Positions 17,842 through 25,269 of a stretch of DNA of 64,000 nt are shown here, one piece after another (position 1 is the stretch's first letter; every line of letters starts with the position of its first letter). The stretch lies in NCBI GenBank assembly GCA_044229265.1, contig JBGATK010000002.1:15092-79091 (forward strand). The letters run 5' to 3'. The notes beneath the pieces are model-generated. The model was not told the origin of the DNA, did no database searches, and saw only the letters and a program-made list of their open reading frames with translations. The position numbers and the translations under genes were made by a program. The stretch is from Minisyncoccia bacterium (GTDB lineage Bacteria; Patescibacteriota; Minisyncoccia; Phycocordibacterales; UBA9973).

Positions 17842-19866
17842 ATGTCCGATATAAAAACTTTCCCTTTTAATAAAGAAGATTTTGATCAAATAAAAAATTT
17901 TAAATTTGGTAAAAATTGGCCTGTTGTTTATGTTCTTGAAGATAAGAAAGAAATTTATATCGGTCAAACGGTAAATGCTCATGCAAGAAGCAAGCAACAT
18001 TATGAAAACCCAGAAAGAAGTAAATTAAAAAGTATTCATATCATAACCGACGAAGAATTTAATGTTTCAGCAGCACTTGATATAGAGTCATGGTTAATAC
18101 AGTACATATCTGCTGATGGATTATTTATATTGCAAAATGGTAATGGTGGGCTAAAAAATCATAACTATTACGATAGAGTAAAATATAAAACAAAATTCGA
18201 ACTTGCTTGGGATAATTTAATGCAAATGGGTATTGTTAAAAACACTCTAGAAGACCTTAAAAATAGCGACTTATTCAAATATTCTCCTTACAAATCTTTG
18301 ACAGAAGACCAATTTACAATAGCTAGGCAGATATTCAAAGACATAAAGAAGAATGAAATAAATACTTTTATAGTAAATGGTAAACCGGGTACTGGTAAAA
18401 CAATTCTTGCTACTTATCTTTTTAAATACCTAAAAGAACAAGATGAAACAAAAAATATGAATATTGGCCTTGTTGTGCCAATGGCATCACTTCGAAAAAC
18501 AATTGCTAGGGTATTTTCAAAAATAAAAGGCTTAAAATCAAACATGGTTATTGGGCCAAATGATGTTGTTAAAGATAAATATGACTTACTTATCGTTGAT
18601 GAATCTCATAGATTACAAAGGCGTAAAGGTATTATGGGTTATGGTGCATATGACAATGTAAACCGAGGGCTTGGCCTGGGTAATGAAGGAACACAGCTTG
18701 ATTGGATTATGAAGTCATCTAAACATCAAATATTTTTCTATGATGAAAATCAAAGTGTAAAACCGGCCGATATTAGACCCGAGGATTTTAAAAAGCTTAA
18801 TTCTAAAAAGTATGAATTAGTTTCCCAAATGCGAGTTGAGGCTGGTGAAGAATATATTAAATTCATCGAAGATTTTTTTGATTTAAAAACTCCACAAAAT
18901 ACTAATTTTCCAAATTATGATTTGAAAATATTTGATAATGCTGAAAAAATGGTAAATGAAATTAAGGAAAAAGATAAAAAGCATAAACTTGCACGTGTAG
19001 TTGCTGGCTATGCTTGGCCTTGGCACACAGCACGTGGTACTCGTGATTATGATATAGAGATAGGTGATTTAAAACTTATCTGGAATTCTACAGCGCAAGA
19101 CTGGGTAAACTCACCAAACGCAATAAACGAAGTTGGTTGTATTCATACTGTACAAGGTTATGATTTAAATTATGTTGGTGTAATTATTGGCCCAGAATTT
19201 TCATATGACACAGAAAATAAAAAATTCAAAGTCGATAAGGAAAAATATTTTGATACAAATGGCCGTAATGGTATTACTGATCCAAACGAACTAGAAAGAT
19301 ATGTAATCAATATTTATAAAACATTACTAACTCGAGGCATTAAAGGTACTTATGTTTATGTTGTTGATGAAAATTTGAGAAATTATTTAAATCAAGTTGT
19401 AAATAAAACCCCGATTTCAATTCAAAAAGAAATTACTCCAAAAATTATAAGATCTCCTTATGCAGGAGAAATGATAGGAATTCCTCTAGTTGGTTCTGCT
19501 CCCTGTGGTGAACCACTTTTAGGAGAAAGCAATATAGAAGAGATAATCATGGTAGAGAAAAGCAAAATAAAACCTGGAGCAAAATATTTTATATTGCGTG
19601 CGAGTGGAGATTCTATGAACAAAGCCGGAATAAATGACGGAGACTTAGTGCTTTGTCGTTCATCAGAAAAAGGAGAAACTGGAGACAGAGTTGTCGCATT
19701 ATTAGGAGGTGAAAATGTGACAATAAAATATTATGATAAAAAAGACGGGCGGAGAATATTATTACCAAAAAGCACAAATAGTTCACACCAACCAATAATT
19801 CCAGAAGAAGGTGATAGTGTTCAGGGCATTGTGCAAGAGGTTATTGAAAGATTAGAGGAAAAATAA
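17842..19866 (+). CDS. three-domain fusion: N-terminal GIY-YIG nuclease, central DUF2075-type SF1-like P-loop ATPase/helicase, C-terminal LexA/UmuD-type S24 peptidase domain
   Basis: VVYVL...EIYIGQT...R...E (GIY-YIG); Walker A GKPGTGKT, Walker B LLIVDESHRL, motif GCIHTVQGYDLNYVGVIIG (SF1 motif VI-like); C-term IPLVGSAPCGEPLL...RASGDSM...GINDGDLV...VTIKYY (S24 Ser-Lys dyad and Cys-Gly cleavage site as in UmuD). Confidence 0.8.
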   Translation: MSDIKTFPFNKEDFDQIKNFKFGKNWPVVYVLEDKKEIYIGQTVNAHARSKQHYENPERSKLKSIHIITDEEFNVSAALDIESWLIQYISADGLFILQNGNGGLKNHNYYDRVKYKTKFELAWDNLMQMGIVKNTLEDLKNSDLFKYSPYKSLTEDQFTIARQIFKDIKKNEINTFIVNGKPGTGKTILATYLFKYLKEQDETKNMNIGLVVPMASLRKTIARVFSKIKGLKSNMVIGPNDVVKDKYDLLIVDESHRLQRRKGIMGYGAYDNVNRGLGLGNEGTQLDWIMKSSKHQIFFYDENQSVKPADIRPEDFKKLNSKKYELVSQMRVEAGEEYIKFIEDFFDLKTPQNTNFPNYDLKIFDNAEKMVNEIKEKDKKHKLARVVAGYAWPWHTARGTRDYDIEIGDLKLIWNSTAQDWVNSPNAINEVGCIHTVQGYDLNYVGVIIGPEFSYDTENKKFKVDKEKYFDTNGRNGITDPNELERYVINIYKTLLTRGIKGTYVYVVDENLRNYLNQVVNKTPISIQKEITPKIIRSPYAGEMIGIPLVGSAPCGEPLLGESNIEEIIMVEKSKIKPGAKYFILRASGDSMNKAGINDGDLVLCRSSEKGETGDRVVALLGGENVTIKYYDKKDGRRILLPKSTNSSHQPIIPEEGDSVQGIVQEVIERLEEK

Positions 19867-19870
19867 ATTT

Positions 19871-20686
19871 ATGAACGAATTACAAGCAATAAAAGAAATA
19901 GTAAAAGCAAATTCAACTGCAGTTTATCAAGATTCAGCACAACCATCTGTTCGTGTTTTAGGAAAGTCTTTAGCACAATGTGTTTCTTTGTTTGCAACAC
20001 CAATTGGTAGGATGGCTGAAATTTTTGAAAAGAATCTCTCACGCTATATTGATAAGTTGGAGGGTTTGTCGTCTGATCAAATCATATTACCAGAAACTAG
20101 AGTGTTAGTTCCAATTCTTGAACGGCTTCGTTATACAGATGACGAAGTAGTCGCTGATTATTATGCTCAAATATTAGCAACTGCTTCAACAACTGAAAAC
20201 GCAAAAAAAGTATCTGTTGCTTTTATTGAGATTCTTAATCGTTTATGTGCAGATGAAATTAGAGTACTTGAATTTATAAATTCACCAAATAATACAATGC
20301 TCCTAGAGAATGAAGCTAATGAAAAATATAATCTTTCACTTTTCGGTGTTTTACCGGTAATAAATATACATTTAAACTTAAAAGAAGGGGGTTATATTGT
20401 AGCCATAAAGAACTTAAATTATCTGACAGAAAAAATTACGCTTAATAATCCCGATAATTTAAATATGTATTTTGACAACATGATTGCATTAGGTCTTCTT
20501 TTGAAACCTGCAATGATAAGGGCTCATGATAATAATATTTATACATATATAAAGAAAAACCTTTTAATAAAAGAAGTTGAATCGAAACTTGCTGAAGGAC
20601 AAACAATTGATTATTCTGAAGCCAGGATAGAAACTACAGAGCTCGGTAAACAATTGTTGAATATTGCATCAAATAAAATAAAGTAG
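19871..20686 (+). CDS. Abi-alpha (DUF4393)-like hypothetical protein, co-operonic with the nuclease-helicase
   Basis: 4-bp gap to upstream gene; segment ILPETRVLVPILERLRYTDDEVVADYYAQILATAS...FIEILNRLCADEIRVLEFI resembles Abi-alpha core pattern; family call tentative. Confidence 0.4.
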   Translation: MNELQAIKEIVKANSTAVYQDSAQPSVRVLGKSLAQCVSLFATPIGRMAEIFEKNLSRYIDKLEGLSSDQIILPETRVLVPILERLRYTDDEVVADYYAQILATASTTENAKKVSVAFIEILNRLCADEIRVLEFINSPNNTMLLENEANEKYNLSLFGVLPVINIHLNLKEGGYIVAIKNLNYLTEKITLNNPDNLNMYFDNMIALGLLLKPAMIRAHDNNIYTYIKKNLLIKEVESKLAEGQTIDYSEARIETTELGKQLLNIASNKIK

Positions 20687-20813
20687 TAAAGACTGTCCTT
20701 GCTAAAAAAAGCCCCAGTAACCACTCCAAAATCGTTACGGTATAATAAAAATTATTAATTTTTAGGAGATTTTAATTTTTATGAATACAAAAATAAAGAA
20801 AAAATAGGTAAAG

Positions 20814-20987
20814 GTGAAGCATGATTATGTTTGCGGTGGGTGCGGGGAAGTGGCGGTTTATAATTTGCAGGATGCTTGGCATCTTTTTGATATAGATGAT
20901 AAGGGGGATTTTTCGGAAAGGAAAACTTGGGAGGGGAGAGAAAACGAATTTTGGTGTGAGGAATGTTTTGAAAATGAATTTGAATAA
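20814..20987 (+). CDS. unannotated small Zn-ribbon protein (57 aa, GTG start)
   Basis: in-frame from stop at 20805; CGGCG ... CEEC two CxxC pairs; acidic C-terminus; below 60-aa ORF-track cutoff. Confidence 0.35.
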   Translation: MKHDYVCGGCGEVAVYNLQDAWHLFDIDDKGDFSERKTWEGRENEFWCEECFENEFE

Positions 20988-20994
20988 ATTATAG

Positions 20995-21000
20995 TATAAT
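20995..21000 (+). promoter_or_regulatory. -10 TATAAT 6 nt upstream of ATG 21007 (leaderless)
   Basis: TATAAT-aaataa-ATG. Confidence 0.45.
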
Positions 21001-21006
21001 AAATAA

Positions 21007-21525
21007 ATGACAAAATATATAGTATTTGTGGCAGCTATGCTTTTTATTGGTTTTATTTTTCCTATACTTAAAAAGAAATTAGAGGGCAAGGAAGAAAAAC
21101 CAGCTTTATCTAATTATTTTAATAGAAGAAAATTTTTGTTTGATGTAGCTTCAGAATTGAATTTTTATAAAATATTGATGGAATTATATGGTAATAATTA
21201 TAGAATATTTGCTCAAGTGCAATATAGTCACCTTGTAGAACCAAAGAAATCTTTATCTTTTGTAGAAAGTAGAAAATATAGAAATATGATTGATAGAAAG
21301 TCGGCTGATTTTGTGATTTGTGATAAGGATACTATAGCTCCGATCTTAGTAATAGAGCTCGACGGTAGTGTTCATTCCCAAGCTAAAGTAAGAATAAATG
21401 ATGAATTTAAAAACGAAATAACTAAAGTTGTGGATTTACCATTGCTTCGCATTAATGCTGAGAATATAGATAAAGAATATATAAAAAATAAAATAGATTC
21501 AATTATTTCTTCTCGATTAAATTAA
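21007..21525 (+). CDS. DUF2726-domain protein (restriction-endonuclease-like fold)
   Basis: N-terminal TM; NFYKILMELYG...RIFAQVQYSHLV...ADFVICDKDTIAPILVIELDGSVH pattern typical of DUF2726. Confidence 0.55.
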   Translation: MTKYIVFVAAMLFIGFIFPILKKKLEGKEEKPALSNYFNRRKFLFDVASELNFYKILMELYGNNYRIFAQVQYSHLVEPKKSLSFVESRKYRNMIDRKSADFVICDKDTIAPILVIELDGSVHSQAKVRINDEFKNEITKVVDLPLLRINAENIDKEYIKNKIDSIISSRLN

Positions 21526-21625
21526 GAATTTATATAGACCATCCTTGCTACAAAATTACGAGAGGGGAATTAAAGTAAATAAAATGTTATAATAAACATT
21601 ATTAAATAAAATAAACTTAAAAAAT

Positions 21626-21778
21626 ATGCTTACAACTATTGCTTGGATATTAATAATACTTTGGATTATTGGGTTCGTTGGTTTTCATGTGGTGGGCTGG
21701 CTCATCCATGTACTCCTCGTCATCGCCGTGGTGATGTTCCTCATCCGCGTGATCAAGGGCAAGAAGCCTTTTAGTTAA
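21626..21778 (+). CDS. lmo0937-family-like 50-aa two-TM micro-protein
   Basis: MLTTIAWILIILWIIGFVGF...VLLVIAVVMFLIRVIKGKK; 3' two-thirds markedly GC-rich versus genome. Confidence 0.45.
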   Translation: MLTTIAWILIILWIIGFVGFHVVGWLIHVLLVIAVVMFLIRVIKGKKPFS

Positions 21779-21790
21779 AAAGTTATAAAT

Positions 21791-22528
21791 ATGAATAAAA
21801 AAATTTTATGGAGTGTTCTCATAATAGCTTTGGTGGGGGTAGGAGTATACTTCATGTTTAAATCTTTGCCAAAAGAGGACGAGGTGGTAGACGTAGTGCC
21901 AAAGAGCAAAGAGCCTGTGGAGCTTTGTTTTGGCTTGTTTACACCTGTAAATGAGCGGGGGTTTTCGGATAAATATACTTTGCGCATGTTGCTCGATAAT
22001 GAAAAAGGCAAAGTGGCTGGTGAGCTAAATTTTTTGCCAGGAGAAAAGGATTCGAAAGTGGGAAAGTATGAAGGCACTGTAACTGCGGTGGACAGAACAT
22101 CCATGTCTCGCACCATAGATGCCGTGTGGGATACTTTTGGTGAAGGGATAAATGCGAAAGAAGAAATAAAAATAATTTTTGGTGAGGGTACGGCAAGCAT
22201 CGGTGCAGGCGAGCTAGTGGATAAAGGAGATGGTGTGTATAGATACAAAGACCCAAAAAATTTGCAGTACGGATTGAACTTGTCAGACATAGCTTGCAAT
22301 GACCTAGTGGTAAGGAAAAATATAGAGGAATATTTGAAAAAAAATATTTCTACTCTTTCTCCTGTAAAGGCAGTACTGGGTGGCTCTTGGTATGTGATAG
22401 GGGTGAGCACAGATCTCGCAAAGAAATCCGGCATAGTAGTGTATGAAGACGGGCATATTCAAGAAAAGAGAGAATTTAATTATGAAATTTCTGAATTAGG
22501 GGAAGTAAATAATTTAAAAATAAAATAG
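21791..22528 (+). CDS. hypothetical secreted/membrane-anchored protein
   Basis: N-terminal TM/signal anchor, 245 aa, no recognisable domain. Confidence 0.4.
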   Translation: MNKKILWSVLIIALVGVGVYFMFKSLPKEDEVVDVVPKSKEPVELCFGLFTPVNERGFSDKYTLRMLLDNEKGKVAGELNFLPGEKDSKVGKYEGTVTAVDRTSMSRTIDAVWDTFGEGINAKEEIKIIFGEGTASIGAGELVDKGDGVYRYKDPKNLQYGLNLSDIACNDLVVRKNIEEYLKKNISTLSPVKAVLGGSWYVIGVSTDLAKKSGIVVYEDGHIQEKREFNYEISELGEVNNLKIK

Positions 22529-22544
22529 ATATAATATAAAATAT

Positions 22545-22952
22545 ATGAGCAACACAAACAATTGGTATAGCACTCTCATAAAGCCTTCGTTTGCACCACC
22601 TTCATGGCTTTTTGGTCCAGTCTGGACTGTGCTTTATGCTATTATCGCTATTTCTTTCGGTACTGTGTTTTATAAAGCATTTACTAAACAAATTCCATGG
22701 ATGGTGGCACTGCCTTTTGTGCTAAATTTAATTTTTAATTTTTCTTTTACTTATTTTCAATTTGGTTTAAAGAATAATCTTCTGGCATCTATTGATATTT
22801 TGCTCGTCGTCGGCACTCTAGTTTGGGCACTCTATGCGGTTTGGCACAATGTGCCCGAGCTACGTTGGGTAGCTTATGTAAATATCCCATATCTTTTGTG
22901 GGGAAGTTTCGCCACTGTCCTCCAATTAACCATAACTTACTTGAATAAATAA
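22545..22952 (+). CDS. tspO: TspO/MBR (tryptophan-rich sensory protein) family, short form
   Basis: WYSTLIKPSFAPPSWLFGPVWTVLYAIIA N-terminal signature. Confidence 0.7.
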   Translation: MSNTNNWYSTLIKPSFAPPSWLFGPVWTVLYAIIAISFGTVFYKAFTKQIPWMVALPFVLNLIFNFSFTYFQFGLKNNLLASIDILLVVGTLVWALYAVWHNVPELRWVAYVNIPYLLWGSFATVLQLTITYLNK

Positions 22953-22953
22953 T

Positions 22954-23352
22954 ATGTTTATCAAATTATACGCAATTGCTTTATCAGTTTTCTTTGCCAT
23001 CGATATGTTTTGGCTTGGAATTATCGCGAAAAATTTTTATCGTATACAAATAGGTCATCTCATGAAATCAGATGTAAATTGGACGGCAGCCATTATTTTT
23101 TATTTGATTTTTATTGTTGGGCTTGTAGTGTTTGTTATTTCTCCTGCCGTGGAAAAAAATTCTTGGATGCATGCACTCCTCTTTGGTGCGCTTTTTGGTT
23201 TGGTTTGTTATGCCACTTATGACCTTACGAATTTAGCAGTAGCTAAGGATTGGCCTCTTTTGGTAACTATTGTGGATCTAATATGGGGCGCAGTTTTGGC
23301 GGCCTTGGTTTCTGTCATCACATATTTTATTGCAATTAAAATTGGCTTATGA
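22954..23352 (+). CDS. small 4-TM membrane protein (DUF2177-like)
   Basis: 132 aa, four hydrophobic helices; family call tentative. Confidence 0.35.
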   Translation: MFIKLYAIALSVFFAIDMFWLGIIAKNFYRIQIGHLMKSDVNWTAAIIFYLIFIVGLVVFVISPAVEKNSWMHALLFGALFGLVCYATYDLTNLAVAKDWPLLVTIVDLIWGAVLAALVSVITYFIAIKIGL

Positions 23353-24113
23353 ATTATTATCTAACTCTAATTTTAATACTTTTTGTTTACATGAGCCTAT
23401 GGTTTGTAGTTTCTTTGATTAAAAAAAGAAATGATGTAGCCGATGTGGCTTGGGGTTTGGGCTTTGTGCTTTTGGCTTGGGTATCTTTTTTTCTGGTGCC
23501 AGATTTTGGCATAAGGGGGCTTTTGGTAAATATTTTGGTTAGCATTTGGGGACTCCGTTTAGCTTGGCATATCCATTCTCGCAACAAAGGCAAGGCAGAG
23601 GATTATAGGTATCTAGCTTGGCGCAATGAATGGGGCAAATATTTTTACATTCGTTCGTATTTTCAAGTTTATCTTTTGCAGGGGTTTTTATTATTTTTGA
23701 TTGTTTTACCTGTGCTACTGATTAATCAAAGTTCTGCTTCTGCTTTAAATTATCTCGATCTTGTCGGTGTATTAGTTTGGATTTTCGGTTTTTATTTTGA
23801 AGTAGTTGGCGATGCCGAGCTTGCAAAGTTTATCAAAAATCCTGCAAATAAAGGCAAACTTATGCAGAGCGGACTTTGGGCATACACTCGCCATCCAAAT
23901 TATTTTGGTGAAGTAGTGCAGTGGTGGGGGATTTGGCTTATCGCACTTTCTATTCCTACGGGCTTCTTTTCAATTATCGGTCCACTTACAATTACTTTCC
24001 TCATACTTAAAGTTTCCGGTATACCTATGCTTGAAAAGAAAATGGCCGAGCATCCTGATTTTGCAGAATACAAAAAGAGGGTAAGTGTATTTTTCCCATT
24101 TAAGCTTTTTTGA
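23349..24113 (+). CDS. DUF1295 / steroid 5-alpha-reductase-like membrane methyltransferase-fold protein
   Basis: YTRHPNYFGEVVQWWG motif; multi-TM. Confidence 0.65.
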   Translation: MNYYLTLILILFVYMSLWFVVSLIKKRNDVADVAWGLGFVLLAWVSFFLVPDFGIRGLLVNILVSIWGLRLAWHIHSRNKGKAEDYRYLAWRNEWGKYFYIRSYFQVYLLQGFLLFLIVLPVLLINQSSASALNYLDLVGVLVWIFGFYFEVVGDAELAKFIKNPANKGKLMQSGLWAYTRHPNYFGEVVQWWGIWLIALSIPTGFFSIIGPLTITFLILKVSGIPMLEKKMAEHPDFAEYKKRVSVFFPFKLF

Positions 24114-24357
24114 TAAATTCGGTTTTGAGGACAATACCTTTCATGCCATCTATACTGCACTCTATTAAACCTTCTTCGTCAGTAAGGCGGATGTTTTTGG
24201 CTTTAGTGCCTTGTTTTATGACAGTATTGCTACCTTTTAATTTTAAATCTTTAACTAAAATAATACTGTCGCCATTTGCCAAAATATTGCCATGAGCATC
24301 GCGCTCTATTATTTCTTCTTCTATTTCATCATCTTTATCTTCTTCATTTTTATTCAT
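24100..24357 (-). CDS. PhnA-like C-terminal domain protein (YjdC-like)
   Basis: DAHGNILANGDSIILVKDLKLKGSNTVIKQGTKAKNIRL...IDGMKGIVLKTEFIKK matches PhnA C-domain pattern. Confidence 0.65.
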   Translation of the reverse strand: MNKNEEDKDDEIEEEIIERDAHGNILANGDSIILVKDLKLKGSNTVIKQGTKAKNIRLTDEEGLIECSIDGMKGIVLKTEFIKKA

Positions 24358-24371
24358 AATCAGAGTATATA

Positions 24372-24635
24372 ATGAGACGTATAAAAATGCTATACTCTTT
24401 GATAATGTATATCAAAGTCAAAGTAAAAGCGGGGCAGAATAAAGAGGAAGTAAAAAAAGTAAATGAAAATACTTTTGATATTTCGGTAAAAGAAAAAGCA
24501 AAAGGCAATATGGCAAATACTCGTGTGATAGAGCTCGTAGCAAAGGAGCTCAAGGTAAAAGATGGTAAAGTCCGTATTATAAATGGGCATCATCATCCGA
24601 GCAAATTAATATCTATAAATCAGGATACGGAATAA
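24372..24635 (+). CDS. DUF167 (YggU-family) small protein
   Basis: IKVKVKAGQNKEEV...GKVRIINGHHHPSKLISI pattern; true start may be the internal Met (MYIKVKV). Confidence 0.5.
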   Translation: MRRIKMLYSLIMYIKVKVKAGQNKEEVKKVNENTFDISVKEKAKGNMANTRVIELVAKELKVKDGKVRIINGHHHPSKLISINQDTE

Positions 24636-24675
24636 AATTATTTTTTAAGATATTATAAAGTGTTATAATATTCTT

Positions 24676-25176
24676 ATGATTAAAAAAGCGTATTTAGCAG
24701 GAGGGTGCTTTTGGGGGCTCGAAGAGCTTTTTCGCACACAAAAGGGCGTACTGAATATCGACGCAGGGTATACGGGTGGTAGCGTGGAAGCACCTACTTA
24801 CATGAATCACGATGGACATGCCGAAGCATTAGAAATAACTTATGACGACATGCAAACAGATTTTTGGCACCTCTTAGATTTCTTTTTTCAAATTCACAAT
24901 CCAACTACACTAAACAGGCAAGGCAATGATATAGGTACGAGTTATCGTTCTGCAATATTTTATCAGAATGATGAGGAAAAAAAGCAGGCCGAAGATTTTA
25001 TAAAAATCGTGAACGATAGCAAGAGGTGGCCGGATCCTGTGGCGACGACTCTTGAGCCTTTTACAAAATTTTACAAAGCCGAAGAATACCATCAGGATTA
25101 TTTGCAGAAAAATCCTGGTGGCTATACTTGCCATGCGATATATTTCGATTCGTACTTAAAAGATGAAAAAAGTTAA
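24676..25176 (+). CDS. msrA: Peptide methionine sulfoxide reductase MsrA
   Basis: GGCFWG active-site motif near N-terminus, 166 aa. Confidence 0.9.
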   Translation: MIKKAYLAGGCFWGLEELFRTQKGVLNIDAGYTGGSVEAPTYMNHDGHAEALEITYDDMQTDFWHLLDFFFQIHNPTTLNRQGNDIGTSYRSAIFYQNDEEKKQAEDFIKIVNDSKRWPDPVATTLEPFTKFYKAEEYHQDYLQKNPGGYTCHAIYFDSYLKDEKS

Positions 25177-25269
25177 GTCACAAATTTATAAATTATCATT
25201 TCTCGCCCGCCCGTAGCCTTGGCGAAGGAGGGCCATGCGATATATTTCGATAGTTATTTAAAATAAAAA

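Noticed and set aside
20772-21089. 105-aa minus-strand ORF
   Set aside because: overlaps both the Zn-ribbon micro-ORF and the DUF2726 gene start plus its promoter; low-complexity hydrophobic translation; plus-strand features explain the DNA better
21775-22434. 219-aa and 105-aa minus-strand ORFs opposite 21791-22528
   Set aside because: Ser/Thr/Pro/Phe-rich antisense translations; plus-strand gene has a signal anchor and a clean start behind the upstream gene
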